From contig OZ246394.1 in assembly GCA_965230895.1 (NCBI GenBank), positions 1,377,887 through 1,441,886 on the forward strand: a DNA stretch of 64,000 nt. The letters run 5' to 3'. Under the pieces are notes generated by a model, which saw only the letters and a list, made by a program, of their open reading frames with translations, ran no database searches and was not told the origin of the DNA. The position numbers were made by a program, and so were the translations under genes. This document shows, piece by piece, positions 24,041 to 32,713 of the stretch (the first letter of the stretch is position 1; every line of letters starts with the position of its first letter). Origin of the DNA: an uncultured Gammaproteobacteria bacterium (lineage in GTDB: Bacteria; Patescibacteriota; Microgenomatia; Levybacterales; UBA12049).

Positions 24041-25405
24041 ATGGCTAAAAAACAGATCACTAATTTTGTCTGTCAGGAATGCGGCTACGACACTCCTCAA
24101 TGGTACGGGAAATGTCCCGAATGTGGTATGTGGAACACGCTGAAAGAAATGCGTTTTGCCAAAGAAAAAGGGACAACAACTTCCATCAGTCCAGGACAAC
24201 GAACAGAAATAAAACCTCAAAAACTCAACGAAATTGTTTATCAAGAAAAGTCGAGGATACAAACTAAATATCAAGAATTGAATACTGTTTTGGGAGGAGG
24301 GATTGTTCGCGGTTCTGTCAGTCTTATTGCAGGTGATCCCGGTGTTGGAAAATCGACTTTGCTTCTGCAATTGGCTCTTAGTTTGTCTCGGGGGAAAGAC
24401 GCGCAGAAAGTCCTGTATATTAGCGGCGAAGAATCCGTCGAGCAAGTTAAAATGCGTGCAGTTCGTATTGCTGAGCAATTAAAGCAAAGTTCGAAAGACA
24501 AGGCTGATGATGACAATTTATTCCTTTTGGCTTTAACCGATGCAGATCTTATCGTTGAGCAGATCGAGACGATGAAACCAGATCTTGTAGTGATTGATTC
24601 CATTCAAACCATTGAGTCACAAAACGTCCAAGGCCTTTCAGGTTCAGTAGGGCAAGTTCGTTATGGAGCTTTGCAATTCGTCCGCGTGGCCAAACAACAC
24701 AATATCCCAATCGTTATCGTCGGGCACGTTACCAAAGAAGGTATGGTTGCTGGTCCGATGGTTTTGTCCCACATGGTAGATACTGTGCTTTTCCTTGAAG
24801 GTGAGAAGTTTGCTAAGACAAGAATCTTGCGCAGCTTAAAAAACCGCTTTGGACCTGTCGATGAGGTTGGAATTTTCCTTATGGAAGAGGAAGGAATGCA
24901 AGAGGCAACAAACCCTGAGCAACTCTTCCTAACGCAGAAACAAGATAACGTGCCTGGGACAGTTCTTGTCGCGACATTGGAAGGGTCTCGAGCGTTCTTG
25001 GTAGAATTACAAGCCTTAGCGGTCACTACACGACTTCCTATGCCACGCCGAGTTGTCTCCGGAGTTGATGCAAAACGAGTCGAATTGTTACTTGCAGTTT
25101 TACAAAAACATTGTAGACTACCAGTAGACACAATGGATGTGTTTGTAAACGTGGCTGGGGGAATGAAACTTTCTGATCCAGGCATTGATCTTGGAATCTG
25201 CCTCGCTGTGTATTCAAGTGTGAAGAACGTTCCAATGCAACAAACTGTGGGTATTGCTGAGGTTGGACTTCTTGGAGAGCTTCGTGCAGTGACAGGTTTA
25301 GAAAAACGTACTCGAGAAGCTGAGAAGATGGGCTTCAAAAACGTTATTACAGCGAAGAAATACCGTTCATTGATTCAAGTACTGACACAGCTTGGAGGAA
25401 AATAA
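24041..25405 (+). CDS. radA: DNA repair protein RadA/Sms
   Basis: N-terminal C4 zinc finger (CQECGY...CPECG). Walker A GDPGVGKST. KNRFG motif. C-terminal Lon-like domain. Confidence 0.9.
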   Translation: MAKKQITNFVCQECGYDTPQWYGKCPECGMWNTLKEMRFAKEKGTTTSISPGQRTEIKPQKLNEIVYQEKSRIQTKYQELNTVLGGGIVRGSVSLIAGDPGVGKSTLLLQLALSLSRGKDAQKVLYISGEESVEQVKMRAVRIAEQLKQSSKDKADDDNLFLLALTDADLIVEQIETMKPDLVVIDSIQTIESQNVQGLSGSVGQVRYGALQFVRVAKQHNIPIVIVGHVTKEGMVAGPMVLSHMVDTVLFLEGEKFAKTRILRSLKNRFGPVDEVGIFLMEEEGMQEATNPEQLFLTQKQDNVPGTVLVATLEGSRAFLVELQALAVTTRLPMPRRVVSGVDAKRVELLLAVLQKHCRLPVDTMDVFVNVAGGMKLSDPGIDLGICLAVYSSVKNVPMQQTVGIAEVGLLGELRAVTGLEKRTREAEKMGFKNVITAKKYRSLIQVLTQLGGK

Positions 25406-26210
25406 TATGGCAAAAGAAGATCCAATAAAAGAAGTAACAAAAGAAATCCTTGAAGAGAAAAAGGATGACGATAAAAAGGCTCAGGCATTTTCTCCTGGAC
25501 TGATTGGTGCAATCGCGGATGAAGTCTCAAAAACCCTTCTCACACGTTTGCCGAATATGGTAAGTAGACCTCGTGCAAAGAAAAAGGTAAAGAAGGCTAC
25601 TAAAATTGAAAATGGTATTTTTCTCGATACATCAGCAATCATTGATGGAAGAATCTTTGACGTGATCTACAGCGGCTTGCTTAACGGGACAATCGTCCTT
25701 ACACCAAATATCCTTCTCGAACTCAAACACCTTGCCGATACGCAAGATACTGTGAAGCGAATGCGTGGCCGTAAAGGTTTGGAATCTTTGGAAAACTTGC
25801 GTAAGTCAAAGAAGATTAAAGTCATGGTCCTTCCAGAAGAACAGGAAAAACCATATCGAGCAAATACTGAGGTTGATGAGCAGCTTACGAAGATTGCGAA
25901 ATTCCACAAAGGTAAAATCATTACATGCGACTACAATCTCGAAAAGAAAGCAAGTATTGATGGCGTGACTGTCATCAATATGAATGCTTTAGCGAATAGC
26001 TTGAAAGTTATTGCTGTTCCTGGCGAATCTCTGCATATAAATGTGAGCCATAAAGGAAAAGATCCTACGCAAGGTGTGGGATATCTCGATGATGGAACAA
26101 TGATTGTAGTAGAAGAGGGTAGTGGGGAAATAGGAAAAACTATCGATGTAGTCGTTGCCCGTATTATCCAAACAGCCACAGGACGTATCCTCTTTGCAAA
26201 ACGAATCTAG
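25392..26210 (+). CDS. PIN + TRAM domain protein (YacL-like)
   Basis: PIN-like segment GIFLDTSAIIDGRIF. C-terminal TRAM-like beta region. Lies downstream of radA as in Firmicutes. Confidence 0.55.
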   Translation: MEENNMAKEDPIKEVTKEILEEKKDDDKKAQAFSPGLIGAIADEVSKTLLTRLPNMVSRPRAKKKVKKATKIENGIFLDTSAIIDGRIFDVIYSGLLNGTIVLTPNILLELKHLADTQDTVKRMRGRKGLESLENLRKSKKIKVMVLPEEQEKPYRANTEVDEQLTKIAKFHKGKIITCDYNLEKKASIDGVTVINMNALANSLKVIAVPGESLHINVSHKGKDPTQGVGYLDDGTMIVVEEGSGEIGKTIDVVVARIIQTATGRILFAKRI

Positions 26211-27075
26211 TTATCCTTGTCTTTTCGTTTCTTCAGTGCTGTATTCCCACAAAAAAAGCTCATCTTCTTGAAAGAAGTAGGAGCTCCTGCCCAAAGCTCC
26301 TACCTCATCTAAAAAGATGAGCCTACGTGAAAACATTTTCATGAAAAATATTGATGTATCAATGCAATTGCTGATTTTTAGCTTCAGTAATTTTCTTGAC
26401 AACACAATATCATTTCAGATATATTTTCTTTGACAGTTAGTTTTATTCCTGCCTGAAGGACTAAATGTCATTTACCCTAAGAGCATTGCTTATCGTACCT
26501 GAACTTATCATTTTGAGTAACGAAAGTGATGCTCTTTTTTTTGTTTAAATTTATATATACAGACTCAAAACTCTCTCTTCTGCAATTTCTTCAAAGAACA
26601 TTTTACCCAAAATACTCCTCTCAGTCGCAAAGCTCTGAACCAATACGTATAAATCTAGCTTATAAATGTGCTACTGGAACGGTTAACCCTTTCTCCATCA
26701 ATTTTTCAAACTGTTCTCGACCTTGTTCTACCAAAGCCTCACGTTTGTGATCATCAACCGTTTTCAGTGAAATGTCTTTCTTTTTGGACAGAAAAACGGT
26801 TAACCATTCCATAAACTGCATAAATAGTATCATAACCGAAAATACTTGTCAACCTATAATATTGTATATGCAAAAAAGCACATAACCTATAATAAATTTA
26901 TATAAATTTAGCTTGATATATCAACGTTTATAACTTATAAACATTTATGTGGATAACTTTTGAATAAAATTAACAGTTCTCCACAATGCCATTTTTGACA
27001 CATTAATGAGGAGCTGTTGATAATAGGGAACGTTCCCCAAGAGATGAATAAGTTAGAAGTTAACGCGAGATATGA

Positions 27076-27933
27076 CTACGCATTTCGAAGGATAGCAGGG
27101 AGTGTTGTCCTGATACTTGGTCGGTATTCATGATTTGCTCGAGATGAAAGCCATAGTCTCATCATAGAAACAAATTGCTTTACGCGTGATCTATTGCGTA
27201 CGCCACGCTTGATTCCTTCTCTGTGGAAGTACAGTGATTGTTTAATGTTTGCTACCTTTCCGTATTGGAAGAATTTGACAAAAACTTCAGTAAAGACAAA
27301 TGGATATTTATTGTGCTTGAAATAAAGCAGATCCTTTGGAAGCATCATACGATCAACCATAACTGTTTCAGGGTGAAGTGGGGAAGCTGGCAACAAGTTG
27401 TCATAGATCTCTTCTGGAGTTTCTGGAAGACTACTTCGTTCAAGCTTTTTATTATCATCATTGATACTCGTAAATTGTGTTCCAACAGCAACAGTTTTTG
27501 GATGATTCATCAGAAAGTTTACTTGTCTTTTGAATCTACTAATAGAATTAATATCGTTTGGATTCATAAAGGCGATAAATCGTCCATGTGCTTTCTTCAT
27601 TGCGCGGTTGTAGCAAATTGCGAGACCATACCGTTTTTTATTTGTGTAGATTTCAAGGTTTTTGAATTCCTTTTTGAAGTGCTTCAAAATGGCAAGAGAG
27701 TCATCGCGTGAATGATCGTCAATAGCGATGATTTGTAAATCTTGGTATGTTTGTTCCTGAAGACTAGCCAAACACTCTGGCAAGAACTTCCCTGCGTTAT
27801 AAACAGGCAGAATAACAGTGACAACTGAGTCCTTGAATTTCATACTTGGATTCTTTTTATACGCAGTAATTAGGCAGACGTATAATGGGGCAGAAGAGGG
27901 GTAAAGACTAACAAACATTAGAGTCTTTGTCAA
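27076..27933 (-). CDS. family-2 glycosyltransferase
   Basis: VILPVYNAGKFL ... IIAIDDHSRDDS (DxD) motifs. The likely real start is MKFKD at 27843. Confidence 0.75.
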   Translation of the reverse strand: MTKTLMFVSLYPSSAPLYVCLITAYKKNPSMKFKDSVVTVILPVYNAGKFLPECLASLQEQTYQDLQIIAIDDHSRDDSLAILKHFKKEFKNLEIYTNKKRYGLAICYNRAMKKAHGRFIAFMNPNDINSISRFKRQVNFLMNHPKTVAVGTQFTSINDDNKKLERSSLPETPEEIYDNLLPASPLHPETVMVDRMMLPKDLLYFKHNKYPFVFTEVFVKFFQYGKVANIKQSLYFHREGIKRGVRNRSRVKQFVSMMRLWLSSRANHEYRPSIRTTLPAILRNA

Positions 27934-28028
27934 GTTTTAGCCTCAAGTTAGTCTCATTTTACTAGGTGAAGAAATAAACAGAGATGCCTCAAATGATATT
28001 AGCGGCATGAATATATTATCCTATAATA

Positions 28029-28057
28029 TTGACTTCTAGTCACGAAATTGCTATATT
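28029..28057 (+). promoter_or_regulatory. candidate promoter TTGACT-17-TATATT
   Basis: Read from the sequence, about 200 nt upstream of the G+C-rich module. Confidence 0.35.
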
Positions 28058-28258
28058 TACACCCATAGTAATGTAAGATTGGGTATATTGCGCTCTTTTT
28101 CTTATAGATCTATATTCTTGCACGTTAACAGTTAATGGAAAGTAATGTAGCACCAGTAGGTGGCATAGTGAGTATCATGCTTGGTACTTAGTATGCCATC
28201 TTAACTGGCTACACAACACACGGAGGTAATCATCACTGACAACGAAGCCAGGGCCAGC

Positions 28259-28444
28259 TTGCAGAGACTCTACTTAGAGGATCCAAAAGCGTACAGGGTT
28301 CTGGAAATGTGGGTCAGGTTCGGTTATGGACAGTTTGATCGAGAATCGACAACGAATCTGGTCAAACTTGGACTGATGAATGCAGAAGGAACGATTCCAG
28401 ACTCTGTTCGGGAAGAAATTCTTTCTGTCGGCGGCCACGGATAA
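28259..28444 (+). CDS. hypothetical small protein (61 aa), first gene of the G+C-rich module
   Basis: Track ORF. G+C-rich codon usage unlike the host. My manual read places a TTG start at 28258; see the rejected notes. Confidence 0.3.
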   Translation: MQRLYLEDPKAYRVLEMWVRFGYGQFDRESTTNLVKLGLMNAEGTIPDSVREEILSVGGHG

Positions 28445-28467
28445 CATCGAGACTACGAGGAGACAGC

Positions 28468-28749
28468 ATGACTGACAACTTTTCCGAGCGAGTGATTACG
28501 ATCACGTCGTCAGGAAGAAATGCAAAGGACTGGATCGATGCAGCGATTTCAGTGGTACAAGGTGCTTACAGACTCGAGATGCGTCGTACAGGTGACAACA
28601 CCGCAGAGGTGACATGTTCCACGATGGAGCAGGCGCATCCTCTGATGTACACGCTGATGGCTCTGGACCTCACTGAGATCAAGATCGCCAAGGCACCTCG
28701 TCGTCGTATCCGCACACGCAGAACTCCAAACGAGAACGGAGCAAAGTAA
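28468..28749 (+). CDS. hypothetical small protein (93 aa, basic C-terminus)
   Basis: Track ORF with a verified ATG. Its stop overlaps the next start (TAATG). Confidence 0.4.
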   Translation: MTDNFSERVITITSSGRNAKDWIDAAISVVQGAYRLEMRRTGDNTAEVTCSTMEQAHPLMYTLMALDLTEIKIAKAPRRRIRTRRTPNENGAK

Positions 28750-29060
28750 TGATCGGTCAACCGTTCACAATGCGAGATGGTTCAAATGTTTCGATAGGAG
28801 ACGTGTTTCCCATTCTGGAGAAGCTACGAATTCTTCGCGACAAGAACTACTCTGCATTCGAGGCTCTCGTGCTAGCAGTCCGCAACTTCGGTCCTGTTCC
28901 ACAACCGTTCAGGTCTGACCTGGATGCGTTCTGCAATGCAGAAACAGGGTGTGTCCCAAACGACATCGACGCCGTTGTGCTCTTCGGGACTCACTTCGAC
29001 CGTAATTCGGACGAACACATCGTGATCAATCTCGAGAACGGGGAGGCAAGTCAGCAATGA
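28749..29060 (+). CDS. hypothetical small protein (103 aa)
   Basis: Track ORF. Start overlaps the upstream stop. Its stop overlaps the next start (ATGA). Confidence 0.4.
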   Translation: MIGQPFTMRDGSNVSIGDVFPILEKLRILRDKNYSAFEALVLAVRNFGPVPQPFRSDLDAFCNAETGCVPNDIDAVVLFGTHFDRNSDEHIVINLENGEASQQ

Positions 29061-29311
29061 CCCAAGTTCAAGGAAAGTGTGAGATCACTGTTCGTACGTC
29101 CGGTGACGAAAGCCTGACACAGGGCCTGGTGGCTACGCTGCGAAAGCGGTTCGGTTCGTCACTCCCTGTGGAGTCGAGTAAGGCTGTCGTGACGATCATC
29201 GTCCTGACTATCAATCTCGAGTCAGTGCTGACGCTCATCTTCACCGAAGTTCAAACACTCACCAACGACGACGTGGACATCGACTTCATCGATCCCGACA
29301 TGTCTGACTGA
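29057..29311 (+). CDS. hypothetical small protein (84 aa, hydrophobic stretch)
   Basis: Track ORF coupled to the previous ORF by an ATGA overlap. Confidence 0.35.
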   Translation: MTQVQGKCEITVRTSGDESLTQGLVATLRKRFGSSLPVESSKAVVTIIVLTINLESVLTLIFTEVQTLTNDDVDIDFIDPDMSD

Positions 29312-29425
29312 GTCATGACAATCATCACGAGATCGCGAGGACCTCCCGACATCCTACGAAAAGGAGCACACCATGCAAGTCGCATGAGTAAGTGAAAGTG
29401 TACTTTCCAACAACTGAATAGTGCA

Positions 29426-29549
29426 TTAAGGCATTAGGTCACCTTCGGGTGAAAAAGTTAGTTGAGCCGGATGGACTCAGTCTCCCTGTCAATTGCGACA
29501 GACTTGAGATTGACCCCTCCGACTATACTGACCCCTAATGCCTTTTTGC
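29426..29549 (+). ncRNA. structured element: long-range stem AAGGCATTAGG/CCTAATGCCTT enclosing a UUCG-tetraloop hairpin, followed by a T-run
   Basis: The inverted repeat and the TCACC-TTCG-GGTGA hairpin were read directly. The 3' arm is followed by TTTTTG. A TGACCCCT direct repeat lies inside. Confidence 0.35.
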
Positions 29550-29585
29550 TGTTTATGAAGTGTTAAATTTGGTATTATAAGTGTA

Positions 29586-31814
29586 ATGCTCAGACTACCT
29601 TTTATTGATAACCTACCTGTTGCAAAGATTTTTTCAGATCCGGGAGATCGGATTGTCCTCGAGATAAAAACCACACGTACTGGCGAAGAAACACCTGAGG
29701 CTATGATGCAATTCCTGGCCGGGCTTACTAATATGAAAAAGCGAGCGCTTGAATTATGGTGGCGGGGGATCCCTTTTAGCCTGGAGTTAGCGGTTATTGA
29801 TCAGACTATTCATTTTTATGTCACGGTTCCAGCTGAATTTCGTACCTTTCTTGAGAGCCAATTGATCGCGCAATATCCGAAATCTCTTGTCACGCCATCA
29901 CGTGATTATCTCGCAGATATTTTAGAAGATGATGAGACATTAACCGTTGGACAAATGAAGTTAACGCATGGTCCGATTTATCCGATCAAGAGTTATAAAG
30001 AGTTTCATGAAATTGATCCTTTCTCAACATTACTCGGGCTTCTCTCAAAATCACAAATTGGTGACAAGATCGCTATACAATATCAACTGTTGCCTGTGAA
30101 TAAATCCTGGCAATCACATGGCTACAAAACAGCGAGACAGAAAACGACAGACGCTTCCGGTAAAGAAACTGCAAATCCTTGGGCAAAACTTATTGAGCAG
30201 AAGATTGCACATGATGGTTTCAAAACAGCAATTCGCTTGGCAGTAAAAGCTTCTGATAAGTCTCGAAGTAATCAGTTAATGCATCTGCTTGCACATAGTT
30301 TTGCAGGCGTTAACAATCCTTCAGGTAACAATTTGTCTTATCATAGGACGTTTCTGTGGCAGCGAAAAAGACTTATCAATAGCATGTTAAGCAGAAGTCG
30401 TTACTTCATGCCAAACCAAATCCTCAACGTCGAGGAACTTGCGACGCTCTATCATTTCCCCTCAGCTAAATTGGCAAAGATTCATAATATTTCTTGGTAT
30501 AAAAGTATTTATTCTGATCCACCGGAAGAACTTCCGATCTCAGAACGCATGACTGACGATGAAAAGAAAGAAGTTAATTTCTTCGGCAGAACCGAATACA
30601 AGAACCGTATGACAACGTTTGGCATTAAAGCAAATGACAGACGAAGGCATATGTATATCATCGGAAAGACAGGAACAGGAAAATCGACGTTGATTGCAAA
30701 TATGGCGATCAGTGATATTCGGAACAATAAAGGCGTTTGCATTGTTGATCCTCATGGGGATCTTTGTGAGAAGATTCTTGATTACATCCCTTCATATCGA
30801 ATCAATGACGTGGTCTATCTTGATCCATCGGATTTGGATTACGCCTTCATGCTGAATCCGCTTGAAGTAACGGATAGTTATCAAATGGAATTGGTGGTTT
30901 CTGGAATCGTAGGTATCTTCCACAAGATCTATGGTAATTCCTGGGGTCCGAGGCTTGAATATATTCTCCGTAATGCTTTGTTCACCTTAACACATTTACC
31001 AAATCCGACACTCCTTATGGTCCCTGAACTGCTTACCAATGATGCTTTCCGCAAAGAAGTGCTCAAGAAGGTCGATGATCCTGTATTGAAAAGTTATTGG
31101 GAAGGGGAGTTTGCAAATATGCCTGATCGACTGAAGAGTGAATCCATCTCTCCAATTTTGAATAAGGTTGGGCAGTTTATTTCTTCACGATTTATTCGTA
31201 ATATTCTGCAGAATCCGAAGTCAACGATCAATCTTGAAAAGATCATGAATGAACGGAAGATTTTGCTTTTGAATTTGTCTCAAGGAAAACTTGGGGAAGA
31301 CAATTCTGCATTGCTTGGAGCGATGATTATTACCAAAATTCAATTGGCAGCTATGAATCGTGTCTCTATCGCAGAACATGATAGACAAGATTTTTATCTC
31401 TATGTAGACGAGTTCCAGAATTTTGCTACAAGTTCTTTTATCAAGATTCTTTCGGAAGCTCGAAAGTACCGATTGAACTTAATTCTTGCTAATCAATATA
31501 TTTCTCAGATTCCTCAAGATGTTCGTGGTTCAATCTTTGGTAATGCTGGAACAATCTTCTCATTTCTTCTTGGTTCAGAAGACGCAAGTTTTATGGCACG
31601 AGAGTTTAAAGAGCGGTTCAAAGACGAAGACTTGCTTGCATTAGGCAATCATCAAGGTATTGTAAAGCTAGCAATTGATGGGATTACCCAAGAGCCATTT
31701 CTCTGCTATACATTGCCGTTGCCAAATAGCGCGACACAAAATCGTTTGAAGGTAATCAGTAACTCCCGGATGAGATATATGAAGAAGGTGGGGGGCTTAA
31801 GCCTTTTTTCTTAA
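29586..31814 (+). CDS. HerA/VirB4-like P-loop ATPase (DUF87-type) with uncharacterised N-terminal domain
   Basis: Walker A IIGKTGTGKST followed by IVDPHGDL, matching the HerA/VirB4 D-P-x-G-E/D motif. Walker B LYVDEFQNF. The first 300 aa match nothing I recognise. Confidence 0.6.
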   Translation: MLRLPFIDNLPVAKIFSDPGDRIVLEIKTTRTGEETPEAMMQFLAGLTNMKKRALELWWRGIPFSLELAVIDQTIHFYVTVPAEFRTFLESQLIAQYPKSLVTPSRDYLADILEDDETLTVGQMKLTHGPIYPIKSYKEFHEIDPFSTLLGLLSKSQIGDKIAIQYQLLPVNKSWQSHGYKTARQKTTDASGKETANPWAKLIEQKIAHDGFKTAIRLAVKASDKSRSNQLMHLLAHSFAGVNNPSGNNLSYHRTFLWQRKRLINSMLSRSRYFMPNQILNVEELATLYHFPSAKLAKIHNISWYKSIYSDPPEELPISERMTDDEKKEVNFFGRTEYKNRMTTFGIKANDRRRHMYIIGKTGTGKSTLIANMAISDIRNNKGVCIVDPHGDLCEKILDYIPSYRINDVVYLDPSDLDYAFMLNPLEVTDSYQMELVVSGIVGIFHKIYGNSWGPRLEYILRNALFTLTHLPNPTLLMVPELLTNDAFRKEVLKKVDDPVLKSYWEGEFANMPDRLKSESISPILNKVGQFISSRFIRNILQNPKSTINLEKIMNERKILLLNLSQGKLGEDNSALLGAMIITKIQLAAMNRVSIAEHDRQDFYLYVDEFQNFATSSFIKILSEARKYRLNLILANQYISQIPQDVRGSIFGNAGTIFSFLLGSEDASFMAREFKERFKDEDLLALGNHQGIVKLAIDGITQEPFLCYTLPLPNSATQNRLKVISNSRMRYMKKVGGLSLFS

Positions 31815-32504
31815 GTAGAATCCTAATGCACCAAGCGGTGCAAGCCCTATAAGTGCAAGCGCTTCAGGACCGGTTTCTGGCGTTGACTTGGACTGGGTTG
31901 GGGGATAAATAGGAAGTCCACCTTTACTTGTGGTTGGTTTGTTCTGCGCTTGAGCGGTTGCATCAGTTCTACTGACGCAAGCTTTTACATTGTCTTGGCT
32001 GACTTTTCTATTCGCTTCAACTCTCGCTTGATTGATAACACAACTTATTTGTGGAGAATTGGGTAATTTATCTGCCGCAGCAACTTTTGCTTCTACAAAG
32101 TAAACTTTGTTTGATTGTTTCTCAAGCGAGTCTATAGTAAAGCTAAACGTTCGAGTCTTTGCATCATATGTCCCTGAGCCTTTTGCATACTCAAGGTAAA
32201 CAGGGAAGATATCTCTTACAGCAATATTGCTCACGGCATTATTGCCAACGTTTGAAACTGTAAGTTTGAATCGAATAGTCTGTCCTGGTTTAAATGCAGC
32301 AGCTTCTGGTGGAAGACTATCAACGTATTCTTGATTCTCTGGATTCTGGATTTGCTTGTTTATGGTGATAGGATCATTTTGTTCACAAGTTATCCCTCCG
32401 CCATAGATTTGTTCACAATTAGGAGTTTGCGCAGCAAGAGCTGGCGTAGCGAGAACGAAAAGCGAAAGAGAAGCTGCAAAAATAGATGATAATGCTAATT
32501 TCAT
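31797..32504 (-). CDS. secreted DUF11/CARDB-like surface protein with LPXTG-type C-terminal sorting signal (TPETG)
   Basis: Signal peptide. Ig-like repeat motif IRFKLTVSNVGNNAVSNIAVRD. C-terminus STPETG followed by a hydrophobic helix and RKKA. Confidence 0.5.
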   Translation of the reverse strand: MKLALSSIFAASLSLFVLATPALAAQTPNCEQIYGGGITCEQNDPITINKQIQNPENQEYVDSLPPEAAAFKPGQTIRFKLTVSNVGNNAVSNIAVRDIFPVYLEYAKGSGTYDAKTRTFSFTIDSLEKQSNKVYFVEAKVAAADKLPNSPQISCVINQARVEANRKVSQDNVKACVSRTDATAQAQNKPTTSKGGLPIYPPTQSKSTPETGPEALALIGLAPLGALGFYLRKKA

Positions 32505-32713
32505 ATGTGCCTAAAGAACTTGAGGTATAATACCATTATTCTATAGGATTAGCAACATTGATCGTGTCTAATATAGATTTAAATATTGACAAAATAGAAG
32601 GAGTATGGGAGAATTAATTCTAATATACGCACTGAATCTTCAGTAATCTATTTATTTGAATCTTTTCATACTCATGATTTCAATCGAGTAAGACTTACAT
32701 TCCTAACAATATT

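Noticed and set aside
26211-26750. Two ORFs (64 aa minus strand, 74 aa plus strand) in the AT-rich spacer after the yacL-like gene
   Set aside because: Low-complexity, no ribosome-binding site, and they overlap the hairpin cluster. More likely non-coding.
26890-26990. Replication origin (oriC) call from DnaA-box-like 9-mers
   Set aside because: Only one perfect and one 1-mismatch box. No dnaA or dnaN gene nearby, and recF is 24 kb away. Kept only as a low-interest note.
28258-28749. Possible single longer ORF fusing the first two small ORFs of the G+C-rich module, with a TTG start at 28258
   Set aside because: My manual reading of the lines around 28381 is one nucleotide out of register with the translation in the supplied track. 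The track protein (…LMNAEGTIPDSV…) reads like a genuine sequence, so I trust the track coordinates and make no frameshift claim.
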